A stretch of DNA of 64,000 nt, from positions 104,224,001 to 104,288,000 of the forward strand of contig CM059431.1 of the NCBI GenBank assembly GCA_030390025.1, written 5' to 3'. The notes beneath the pieces are model-generated. The model was not told where the DNA came from. It did no database searches and worked only from the letters and a program-made list of their open reading frames with translations. This document shows positions 40,439 through 50,430 of this stretch, piece after piece. Made by a program: the position numbers and the translations under genes. The stretch is from Squalus acanthias (taxonomy: Eukaryota). How positions within the stretch are numbered: position 1 is the stretch's first letter; every line of letters starts with the position of its first letter.

Positions 40439-41005
40439 AAAGAATCAGACAGCACAGGAGGAGGCCATTCGGCCCATCACGCCTGTGCCGGCTCTTTGAA
40501 AGAGCTGTCCAATTAGTCCCGCTCCCCCCTGCTCTTTCCAAATAGCCCAGCAAATCTTTCCCCTTCAACTATACATCCAATTCCCTTTTGATAGTTGTTA
40601 CTGAATCTGCTTCCACCGCCCTTTCAATCAGTGCATTCCAGATCACAGCAACTCGCTGCATAACAATTTTGTCCCTTATGTCGCCTTTGGTTCTTTTGCC
40701 ACTTACCTTAAATCTGTGCCCTCTGGTTTAGACCTTTCTGCCACTGGACACAGTTTCTCCTCATTTACTCTATCAAAACCCTTCGTGATTTTGAACACTT
40801 CTATCAAATCTCTCCTTAACCTACACTGCTCCAGGGAGAACAGTCCCAGTCTCTCCACTTAACTGAAGTCTTTCATCCCCGACACTATTCCAGTAAACCT
40901 CCTCTGCACCCTCTGCAAGGCCTTGAGATTCTCCCTAAAGTGCGGTGCCCAGAATTGGCCACCACACTCCAGCTGGGGCCTAACCAGTGTTTTATAAAGC
41001 TTTAG
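40439..41005 (-). mobile_element. CR1 3' fragment
   Basis: Reverse match to 9390-9946. Confidence 0.8.
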
Positions 41006-41890
41006 TCATTCACTGCACCTTATTGAACATTTTCTGTAGAAGTACTTTCTCTGATCACAGTTGACTGGTTTATTCGTGTTCATAAACCAGACATGACATA
41101 CAGTGCTACCTCATTCACACTTAATGAAAATTGGTAGGATAGTTTTCAATGTCACCCCTATAACTGGGGTGACTTGTTTGTTTTTTTTCCCCCCTCTCCT
41201 CCTCCTCCTCCTCACAGTCTCATTATGTATTATCTGCAATTATCAGTGAGCAGACACAAAAAGCCACAGGTAACTCATAAGTAATTTATCGTGACAGAAA
41301 GATTAAAACACAACAAAGTGCTTGATGCTGAATAAAGCTCTCAGTGGAAATTGAATTAATCAGCAGCACTTATTCACTGTGTGCATATTGAACATGTAAA
41401 GGCTATTTATGAGCTGGAAATGCACATAGTTGAGTGTTTGACAGGTGCACCTTGTGTATCTGCACTTTAGATGATTGTGTCATTTCACAGACTGCAAGGA
41501 GTAGCTCTGATTTACCATTTTATCTCTTAGTGATGCTTATATCTTCATAGATGAAGACCTGTAATATACTCAAGCAATCTAAGGATCATTCTGATAATAT
41601 ATAAATGGATGGTATCAAAGGTTGGTTTTGGAAGATGATTGATTGCACTTATTTGGTTTAAAAGCTTTTTACACGAGGAGCAATTGTGAAAAATAGCTCT
41701 GATTACATGTAGACCTTCTATGGTTCTAGTGTCAAGTATTTGTTGAGTGCTGATATACAATCAAAATCTATAGCATGTTGATACCAGGCGGTAGTGATAG
41801 AAAAATAACTCAATCTTAAAAAATAAAAAAAACTCTAAATTGGATTAACAGCACAAGCAGGGTTCCAAAATTACATTTTTAAAGATTAAA

Positions 41891-42078
41891 GGCCTAGAAA
41901 TTCATCACGGGCGGTGACGCAAAACGTGCGGTATCGGATGGGCCGCCCGCTATACGCAGCGCCTGATGTTCAGCTGCATTGACTGCAATTCGAACGGAAT
42001 ATCAGGTGCTGCGTATAACGGGCGGCCGATCCGATACCGGCCGTTTTGGGCCACCGCCCGTGACGAATTTCTCGGCCC
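41891..42078. mobile_element. Short hairpin MITE
   Basis: The whole 188 bp is an imperfect palindrome with GGCCTAGAAATTC / GAATTTCTCGGCC ends. Confidence 0.75.
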
Positions 42079-42188
42079 ATGATACATAAACAATGAAACA
42101 GGAATGAATTGAAGGGGCAGCTTGAATAGTGTAGAGTGCAGCTCAAGCCTCCCTTTTGGTGCACTTATCAAAATGAAGCAAAAGCCTT

Positions 42189-43760
42189 GGGCTGGATTTT
42201 ACCAACCTCGGCGGGTCCGTGGCGGGCGACGTGGTTTGGGGGGGTCCCGACCCCCCCACTGCCGGCTCCATCCCGGACTCTGAAATGAATTTCCCCTAAT
42301 TGGGCTGCACCCAGGCTCTCATAGGACTCCCTCCATACGCTTATGGAGCGAGTCACACCACGCAGGGAGGTCCCCTTCCCTTCCCATGGGCGGAGGAGAC
42401 CTCCCCAGGAGATCAACACAGCCTGGTTACACATTGCACAGGAGGGCACAAGCAGGGATGTGGTCAGGAGGACCTGGGTGCAGTGCCACAAATGTTTCAA
42501 TTATCTCATAGATCACAAAACATTAGTATAAAGCCACACTCAACCTCATCCTCCTGTGCCTCTCATCACATCCCCATCACTCTGCCTTCCCTACCCTACC
42601 CCTGCATCTTTACTCACACCAACTTACCTTGCACCTCCACCCATCCCTCTCTATCTACATTATCACTTCCCCAGTTCACTAGCCACCCCTCACACTTGCC
42701 CTCATCCTAGTCCAATCATACCAACTAACAACACACAAGGGTAGGCACTTGGGTGTTTTATGCAATGTTCATGCAAAGTTTCTGTTAATGTGCTGTCAAA
42801 CATTGAAACCTTTATTTTCAACACTTTGCGTTCTTGGACAGATTTGTGTGCACCTTTGGAAGTGGCTTAGTGAGTTGGAGTGAATAGTGAGACATAACGG
42901 TACCCCCGCAATGGTCATAAATGTGAAAGGAATGGCTTGGGCATTGTAGGGATGCTTTATGGTGTTGGTGTGGGGTGGTGCCAACTTGGTGCATCATGTG
43001 GCAGCCAGGGTGTACAGCGTAAAGTGAAGTAAATCTGGCCATGGTGAGGCTATCCCTGGTGTCCCGGGCAGTAATGTGGTCGGGTGCTGATGCCCTATGT
43101 CCTGTGCAGCATCAGGTGATTGCGGAGAAGGTTGATGTTGTTGTTGGTGCTGCTGGTGTGCCTGGTGATGCTGGTGTTGGGGCTGATCGTGAGGACCAAG
43201 GTGAGAGAGTTTCAAGGGCACCCATGCTGATGGAATAGATGGCAGGTGAAGTAGAGATGACAGAAGCGATCTGTCACTGGTGGGTGAGGTAATGAGGTCA
43301 GACTGGATGGAGACTTGTGTAAAGACTTGCAGCATTCTGAATCTGTAGTGGAAATGCAGTTTAGAGAAGCTAATGATTAAGGCAACATTTCTCAATCAGC
43401 TGGGAACTTTGACTTGACATTTGAAGCTGTCAACTCATCAGCTGATTCAATGGCAAGTGAACTCCCGCCTCAGCTTCACAGACGAGGTCCAGGCACAGCG
43501 GGAAACCGGTGGGCGACCTGTCAAATCCAAAAAGCTGGGAATAAACCATTGATAAGTGGCTGTAAACAAGTCACTAATGATTTTAATTGCCTCCCCCGCC
43601 GCTGCGTGTCTGGTCTGCTCAGCGTTGACAGACCCGACATTTGGTAATGGTGCGTGGCGGCGGGTTTACAGCAGGGTCCCGACCCGCTGGGGAGAAAAAA
43701 CACTTTCCCACCCGACCTGCCACCGATCGTGCCCGCTGACCCCCCCGCAAAATCCAGTCC
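42189..43760. mobile_element. Non-autonomous Harbinger deletion derivative
   Basis: TIRs GGGCTGGATTTT / AAAATCCAGTCC; Myb remnant at 42343-42531 (AWLHIAQE..RRTWVQCHKCFNYL). Confidence 0.8.
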
Positions 43761-43936
43761 TTTGTTTCTGCATTCAAAACTCACTTGCATCTGCCAAGCG
43801 TGAACGTAGCCCATCTCCTAGCACACATGCTTTCCTTCCTATTTGCATTGGTGCTGGAGTTAGTGCTTGTAATAAATGAGGACTTATTTTATTTTCCCAA
43901 TCAATCAATCCTCTGAGAGGAGATAGTTATTTGTCA

Positions 43937-44125
43937 AAGAAAGACTTCCATTTATATCACGCCTTTCACAACCTCAGGATTTCCCAAAGAGATTTACAGC
44001 CAATGAAGTACTCTTGAAGTGTAGTCACTGTTGTAATGTAGGAAACGCGGCAACCAATTTGCGCACAGCAAGCTCCCACAAACAGCAATGTGATAATGAC
44101 CAGATAATCTGTTTTTAGTGATTTT
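43937..44125 (-). mobile_element. Deu-domain SINE, 3' part
   Basis: Matches the other SINE copies. Confidence 0.78.
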
Positions 44126-45898
44126 ATGTTATCATAATAACTAGGCCAGAACACTTTAGATTTTGCTAATAATACAGTTTACAGTGATGATAATTTTCAA
44201 GGTGGAAATTGTCAGTTCAGTTTTCCCTATTCCTTAACTTTCAGGTATGTTGACTGCTCATTTCATAAAATGCACTCTAAATCAAATGGCATATGGGAAT
44301 GTCACCTCGCTCTGTGCATCTACTTCAGATGAAATAATTTTGTTTATGCATAGCCTTTTCACAAGACTGCCATAAAGACTGCTCATAACATCGCGTTCTT
44401 CATGAACACTTCCGTCGTATACTGCTGCTTTCTCAACACATGACTTGGCATTGCTCCATCACATTTACTGATCTCCTGATTCTCTTCCTTTTTCTGGCTC
44501 GCAGTCAACTGATCTCTCTGAAAGTATTTCATCATCCATTCAAGCAGCATGTCTGAACATGTTGTGTGCGGTGTTGTTGTTGCAGTCACTTTGATACATG
44601 GTCTGACCTTTATATGAGTATCTCTTTCTTGCCATCTTATTTTTAGTATTCTTCGTATGTTGAACAGAGTTGAATTTCTTCGCTGCGTCAAAGTCAAGGC
44701 TTAAGATATCTTTAATACAGTAGGGGAGGACTGCTCTGTTGTTTATTTTCATCTTCTGATACAGTCAATTACATTCTAATCCTTCATTAATTAACTTTCC
44801 CGTAGATCAAACAGTAGCAGTATTTTATTTTCAAGTTTTAAAATGGAATAACATTTTCCTAAAAAATCTCATGCTGTTAATTTTCAAGAGAATATCACCC
44901 TTTGTGCCTGCCACTATGGTGCGTTATTCCACCTTGCCCTCCTCAACGTAACCTTTGCAATGTCATCAATAAGTCCATCCTCCACCACCACATCTCCTCA
45001 GTGGTCCAACTGCAATGGACCACCTATGGCCGGTTCCCTTCCTACCTGCCTCAACATAGCCAGCGCACCTTTGGCAACACTTGTCATGCCACTTTAAAAT
45101 TCCCGAGATTTCATCCTTGCCCTTCTCTCATGTGCATGTTGCCCCTTGGTGACATTAGTTATAGGCGTGGGGTAGGCTTCTACCTATATGTTGAAGACAC
45201 CCAGCTCTACCTGTCCACCACCACCAACTTGAACAAATATGGATGAGCTGGAACTTTCTCCAACTGAACATTAGGAAAAGCGAAGTCATCCTATTTGCCT
45301 ACCACCAAAAACTTTTGTGTACTTTCCCCCTCCCCCGGCACCGCTCGCCCCTCCCCAACCCCGTTACAATGTCCTCGCCGGCTGCTAACTCATGGCTGAT
45401 CCAGACAGTGCGTAACCTTGATGACCTGTTCAACCCTGAGCTGAGCCCCAAATTCCATACCCTATCCATTACCACAATTGTTCAGTTCCATCGCCTCATC
45501 ATGGCTTACCTCTGTCTTTACCACACTCCCACTGTTGGTGAAACCCTTAACTACACATTTGTTGCCTCCAGACATAGCATTTTTCAATGCATTCCTTGCT
45601 GGCTTTTCAAGTTCCAACCTACAAACATTCTAACTCATTTAAACTCCACCACTTGTGCCCTATTCTCCACTAATCCCATTCACACTGCAGCTTCATCCTC
45701 GTTAACCTCCACTGGCAACCATCTCCCAATGCGCTGCATTCAAATTCCTCATCCTTACCAAAAACATTCCTCCACAGCCTCATCCCATCCTCTTTCTGCA
45801 AACTTCTTCAGTCCTACATCCCACCCAATGCTCTCTGGACCTCCAACTCTCTTCCTATTCATTCCCATTCCCTTTGCTCCACCATTGAAGACTTCAGC

Positions 45899-46060
45899 AG
45901 TCAAGGACATTCAGCCTCCGATCTTCGGGTAAGCGTTCTCCAAGGCGGCCTTCGAGACACACGACAATGCAAAATCGTTGAGCAGAAACTGATAGCCAAG
46001 TACCGCACCCATGAGGACAGCCTCAACCGGGATCTTGGGTTCATGTCACGCTACATGTAA
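45899..46060 (+). pseudogene. Penelope-like ORF C-terminus (GIY-YIG endonuclease region)
   Basis: Manual translation: SQGHSASDLRVSVLQGGLRDTRQCKIVEQKLIAKYRTHEDSLNRDLGFMSRYM*. Confidence 0.75.
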
Positions 46061-46367
46061 CCCCACCTGACGTAGAGTCATCCAGACTCGAGTCGTCGTT
46101 GGCTTGTTCTCTCTACACAGATGCGGCTGGACCTGCTGTGATTTCCAGCAAAAAAAGTTTTTTGTTTTCCATACAGACCCCAGCATCTGCCACATTGTCT
46201 TTGATGTAATGTTTTCCTGACTGACCTGTTTGGACACCATCCACACCTTTGATTGCCGTGATTATCTCTCTGCCGAGGTGTGATAAAGGGCAGTTGGAAA
46301 GATTAACTGTAATCATCTGGCTGTGTTCTCTGACTATATATGCTGTGCCTATATGTATCTCTTCACT

Positions 46368-46404
46368 TCGCCTGATGAAGGAGCAGCGCTCCGAAAGCTT
46401 GTGA
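46368..46404 (+). ncRNA. Minimal type I hammerhead ribozyme motif
   Basis: TCGC CTGATGA A GGAGC agc GCTCC GAAA GC T T GTGA. Confidence 0.7.
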
Positions 46405-46505
46405 TTTCAAATAAAACTGTTGGACTATAACCTGGTGTTCCTCTTTTTGGTTGGACAACACAAATTTACTGTAAATCAATTAAAATTTTAAATGAAACTT
46501 AATAA

Positions 46506-49500
46506 TCAAATCAAAATTTCGAAGTCCGGGGTGACGATGCACTCCAGCCCCCGCGGCGCCCACCGGTCGCGGAAAAACTCAAGCGTGCCGGCGGACACCG
46601 CGTGCTCCATCTCCAGGGCCACCCGGGCGCGAACATGGCCGCGGAAGAGAGGCAGGCAATCGGGCCGAACGACCCCCTCGACCGCCCGCTGCCTGGACCA
46701 ATTAATGGCTTTCTTGGCCAGGCCCAGGAGCAGTCCTACGAGGAGGTCCTCCGACCTACCCGCTCCCCTCCGCACCGGGTGACCGTAGATCAGGAGCGTG
46801 GGGCTGAAGTGCAACCAGAAATTGAGGAGCAGCCCCTTCAAATAATGAAAGAGGGGCTGCAACCTCTCACATTCAACATAAATGTGATAAACGGACTCCT
46901 CCAGGCCGCAAAAATGGCAAGCAGCCTGGGAGTCCGTAAACCTACTTAAAATCCTATTGCACGGGACTGCTCCGTGCAACACCCTCCAGGCCAAGTCCCC
47001 AATAGAACAAGGGAAGACTCCCGCGTAGAGAGCCTTCCAATGGGGACCTTCGCCTCCGCCGGACGGCAGGATGGTACGCCAAGGCGTGTCCGGACGGCAG
47101 ACGAAGATGGCAAAGTGGAGAGTGTGCAGGAGCAGCCCGTACAGGAAACGCCTCCGTGCGGATTGAAAGGGCACGGAGGGCATTTCTCCGAGAAGGCTCA
47201 AGTGGTGAGGCGGCGGCTCCCGAGGGAGGATTCGGGGCCGGGCGCCGATAAGGAATTCCGTCCGAACGGGGGTCAGTTCGGACGGGATCGCCCCACGTGC
47301 TTGAGCCTCCTCGACACACCTAGTGGAGACGGGGCCCAGTGCCACTTTTAGCGACTCGATGGCTTTGACCGCGAGCCGGACGTTGACCCAGGACATGCGC
47401 CTCGCCAACTCCTCCGGCGCCATCCAGCCCGCTCCTCCGCCATCGAGCAGGTCCCCGACTCTGGTCACCTTACCGGGCACAGCCCTGCCCTCCGCCAGCC
47501 AGCCGAACCCGCGGTCGTGGAGGTGCGGATTCCTGAACAGCGGCTCCCGAAGGACGGCCGCCGCTCCTGACGGGGGAGAACTGCGCTCGGAGGCGACGCT
47601 GTTCCAAACCCATAGCAGTTCCTGGTAGAAGACAGGCAGCTCCCGCAGGCTGGCACGCGTGCCATCCACTCTCACAAACAGGAGCTGCGTGTCGTAATTG
47701 AGGCCGTGCAGCTGGCGGAAGAAATACGTCGCCAGCGCACGCCACCTAGGAGGATTCTCCACGTACAGGTATCTCTGCAGCGTCTGAAGACGGAAAGTCG
47801 CCGCCTGGGTGCGAAGGCACACCAGCGCCTGACCGCCCTCCCTAAGCGGGAGACTCAAAACCGCGGCAGAGACCCAGTGCTTCCTTTTGTCCCAGAAGAA
47901 GTCGACGAGCTTCTTCTGCATCTTGGCGACAAACGCAGGGGGAGGGATCAAAGTGACCAACCGGTACCACAACATGGCGGCCACCAGCTGGTTTATGACC
48001 AGCGCTCGACCCCTGTAGGACAACACTCGGAGCAGTCCTGTCCAGCGTCCTAGGCGAGCGGTGACTTTGGCCTCCAGCTCTTGCCAGTTCGCCGGCCAGG
48101 CGTCCTCGGCCGGGCTGAGGTAGACTCCCAGGTAGAGGAGGTGCGTGGTGCTCCAGGCGAAAGGCCCGAACTCCTCCGGCAGGGAGTCCACCCACCATGG
48201 GCCCACCAGGAGTCCAGAACATTTCTCCCAGTTGATCTTGGCGGAGGATGCGTCCGAGTAAATCTGCTGGCATTCTCGCATCCTCCGCAAGTCGACGGGA
48301 TCCGTGACCGCGAGGAGCACGTCATCAGCGTAAGCCGAGAGGACCACCTCCACGCCCGGCCCTTGCAGAGCCAGTCCCGTCAACCTCTTCCGCAAGAGGC
48401 GCAGGAAAGGCTCCACGCAAACGGCGTATAACTGACCGGACATGGGGCATCCCTGACGCACCCCCCTCCCGAAGCGAAGGGGCGCCGTCAAAGACCCGTT
48501 AACTTTAATGAGACACTCCGCGGCGGCGTACAGAAGTCGGATCCGGGTGACGAAATGCGTCCCGAACCCGAATGCGCGCAGAGTCCCGAAAAGATACTCG
48601 TGATCCACCCTGTCGAACGCCTTCTCCTGATCCAGGGAAAGGAAGGCGACCGACAGACCAGCCCTCTGGGAATGGTGGACCAGGTCCCGGACCAGATGGA
48701 TGTTATCGTGGATGCTCCGGCCCGGGACCGTGTAGGACTGGTCGGGGTGGATCATGCGGGCCAGCACGGTGCCAAGGCGAGCAGACATAGCCCTGGCGAA
48801 AATTTTGTAGTCCGTGCTGAGGAGGGAGACCGGGCGCCAGTTCTTAAGTAGGCGGAGATCGCCCTTCTTGGGCAGCAGGACGATGACCGCCCTGCGCCAA
48901 GAGAGGGGCATCTCCCCGGTCGCCAGACTTTCCCCCAGGACCCGCGCGTAGTCGTCCCCCAAGACGTCCCAGAACGCCCTGTGGAACTCCACGGTCAGCC
49001 CGTCCAGCCCCGGGGACTTGCCCCTCGAGAGCTGGCGCAGGGCGCCGGTCAGCTCCGCCAGGCTTAGCGGAGCTTCTAAATTCTCGGCGCCCTCCGGGCC
49101 GACCTTCGGCAGGTCCTCCCACAAAACTCTGCGCGCATCCTCGCTGGACGGATCCGAAGAGAACAGAGCCCCGTAATAGGCCCGGGCCTCCGCGCTGATG
49201 CCCTCCGGATCCGAGACCAGAGATCCGTCGTCGGCCAGCAGCCCCAAGAGCTGCTTACGGACCCCCCGTCTTTTTTCCAGCGAGTAGAAGAAGGGGGAGC
49301 CGCGGTCCAGGTCCCGCAGGAACTGGATCCGCGACCTCACGTACGCGCCTCGGGACCCGACCAGCTGCAGGTCCTTCAGCGCGCCCTTCTTCTCTTCGTA
49401 CACCTTCCGCAGGGCCGGGTCCTCGACGACTTGACCGAGACGGGACTCCAGGTCGAGCACTTCTTTCTCCAATCGCCCGACCCGGGCCTCCCGCCTCTTG

Positions 49501-50405
49501 GTCGACCCCTTCGCGTACTCCTGACAGAAGACGCGGACGTGAGCCTTGCCCACGTCCCACCATAGCCTCAAGGAGGGGAAGCCTCCCCGCTTCCTTCTCC
49601 AGTCGGCCCAGAACCAGCGAAACGAATCCCGGAACCGCGCGTCCTCCAGCAGCAGGTTGTTAAAATGCCAGTACGCGGACCCCCCCCGCGCGCGCAGCGG
49701 AGCGAGCTCCGCCCACACCAGGTGGTGGTCCGTGCACGGCACCGGCCGCATGGAAGCCGCCGGAACGCAGGAGACGTACGCCCGGGAAATGTAAAGGCGG
49801 TCGATTCTGGACCTTCCTCCTCCAGACCTCACGCTCGTGAAGGCGCTGGAGTCGGGATGGAGATTTCGCCAGACGTCCACCAAGTCGAAGGACCCGACCA
49901 GGTCCCGCAACTTCTCCATCGCCGCCGGGCTTCGCGGGGGACCCGACCGGTCCCGCGCCTCGAGGGTACAATTGAAATCCCCCCCGAGGATGACGCACTC
50001 GCCCACGTCGATGGAGCCCAGAAGAGCGGACACTTCTCCGAAGAAGCGCACTTGCTGCGCACCGGTCCGGGGGGCGTACACGTTCACTAAATGGAGCGGC
50101 ACACCTCCCAGGCGAACAGTGACCTGGAGCAAGCGGCCCGGCACGTGCTCCTTGACCCTCAAGATCTCCGGCTGAAAATGCGGGGCCAGCAAGACAGCCA
50201 CCCCGCAGGAATTGTTGGAGAGGTGACTCATGCTGACCCCTCCTTGCCACTCCAGGAGCCACGTGGCCTCGTCTCCCGGAACGGTGTGGGTTTCTTGCAG
50301 GAAGCACACCGCATATTTCCCGTCCCGAAGGACCGAGAAGTTATTGAATCTACGGCGCGCCTCCCTGCTGCCGTTGATGTTGAGGCTGGCTATGGTTATC
50401 TTCAT
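46506..50405 (-). CDS. Tx1 ORF2: APE endonuclease, reverse transcriptase, C-terminal zinc finger
   Basis: SLNING, LQETH, GDFN, SRIDRLY, TDHH; KSPGLDG, WRPVSLL, DQEKAFDRV, QGCPMS, YADD; CHFC..ESVYH...C; ATG at 50405. Confidence 0.96.
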   Translation of the reverse strand: MKITIASLNINGSREARRRFNNFSVLRDGKYAVCFLQETHTVPGDEATWLLEWQGGVSMSHLSNNSCGVAVLLAPHFQPEILRVKEHVPGRLLQVTVRLGGVPLHLVNVYAPRTGAQQVRFFGEVSALLGSIDVGECVILGGDFNCTLEARDRSGPPRSPAAMEKLRDLVGSFDLVDVWRNLHPDSSAFTSVRSGGGRSRIDRLYISRAYVSCVPAASMRPVPCTDHHLVWAELAPLRARGGSAYWHFNNLLLEDARFRDSFRWFWADWRRKRGGFPSLRLWWDVGKAHVRVFCQEYAKGSTKRREARVGRLEKEVLDLESRLGQVVEDPALRKVYEEKKGALKDLQLVGSRGAYVRSRIQFLRDLDRGSPFFYSLEKRRGVRKQLLGLLADDGSLVSDPEGISAEARAYYGALFSSDPSSEDARRVLWEDLPKVGPEGAENLEAPLSLAELTGALRQLSRGKSPGLDGLTVEFHRAFWDVLGDDYARVLGESLATGEMPLSWRRAVIVLLPKKGDLRLLKNWRPVSLLSTDYKIFARAMSARLGTVLARMIHPDQSYTVPGRSIHDNIHLVRDLVHHSQRAGLSVAFLSLDQEKAFDRVDHEYLFGTLRAFGFGTHFVTRIRLLYAAAECLIKVNGSLTAPLRFGRGVRQGCPMSGQLYAVCVEPFLRLLRKRLTGLALQGPGVEVVLSAYADDVLLAVTDPVDLRRMRECQQIYSDASSAKINWEKCSGLLVGPWWVDSLPEEFGPFAWSTTHLLYLGVYLSPAEDAWPANWQELEAKVTARLGRWTGLLRVLSYRGRALVINQLVAAMLWYRLVTLIPPPAFVAKMQKKLVDFFWDKRKHWVSAAVLSLPLREGGQALVCLRTQAATFRLQTLQRYLYVENPPRWRALATYFFRQLHGLNYDTQLLFVRVDGTRASLRELPVFYQELLWVWNSVASERSSPPSGAAAVLREPLFRNPHLHDRGFGWLAEGRAVPGKVTRVGDLLDGGGAGWMAPEELARRMSWVNVRLAVKAIESLKVALGPVSTRCVEEAQARGAIPSELTPVRTEFLIGARPRILPREPPPHHLSLLGEMPSVPFQSARRRFLYGLLLHTLHFAIFVCRPDTPWRTILPSGGGEGPHWKALYAGVFPCSIGDLAWRVLHGAVPCNRILSRFTDSQAACHFCGLEESVYHIYVECERLQPLFHYLKGLLLNFWLHFSPTLLIYGHPVRRGAGRSEDLLVGLLLGLAKKAINWSRQRAVEGVVRPDCLPLFRGHVRARVALEMEHAVSAGTLEFFRDRWAPRGLECIVTPDFEILI

Positions 50406-50430
50406 CTCAGAAGCATAGTGCAACCTCTAC

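Noticed and set aside
41218..41269. 52-nt plus-strand exon-like segment (pyrimidine tract-CAG ... CAG|GTAACT)
   Set aside because: No partner exons or recognisable peptide; it cannot be supported without RNA data
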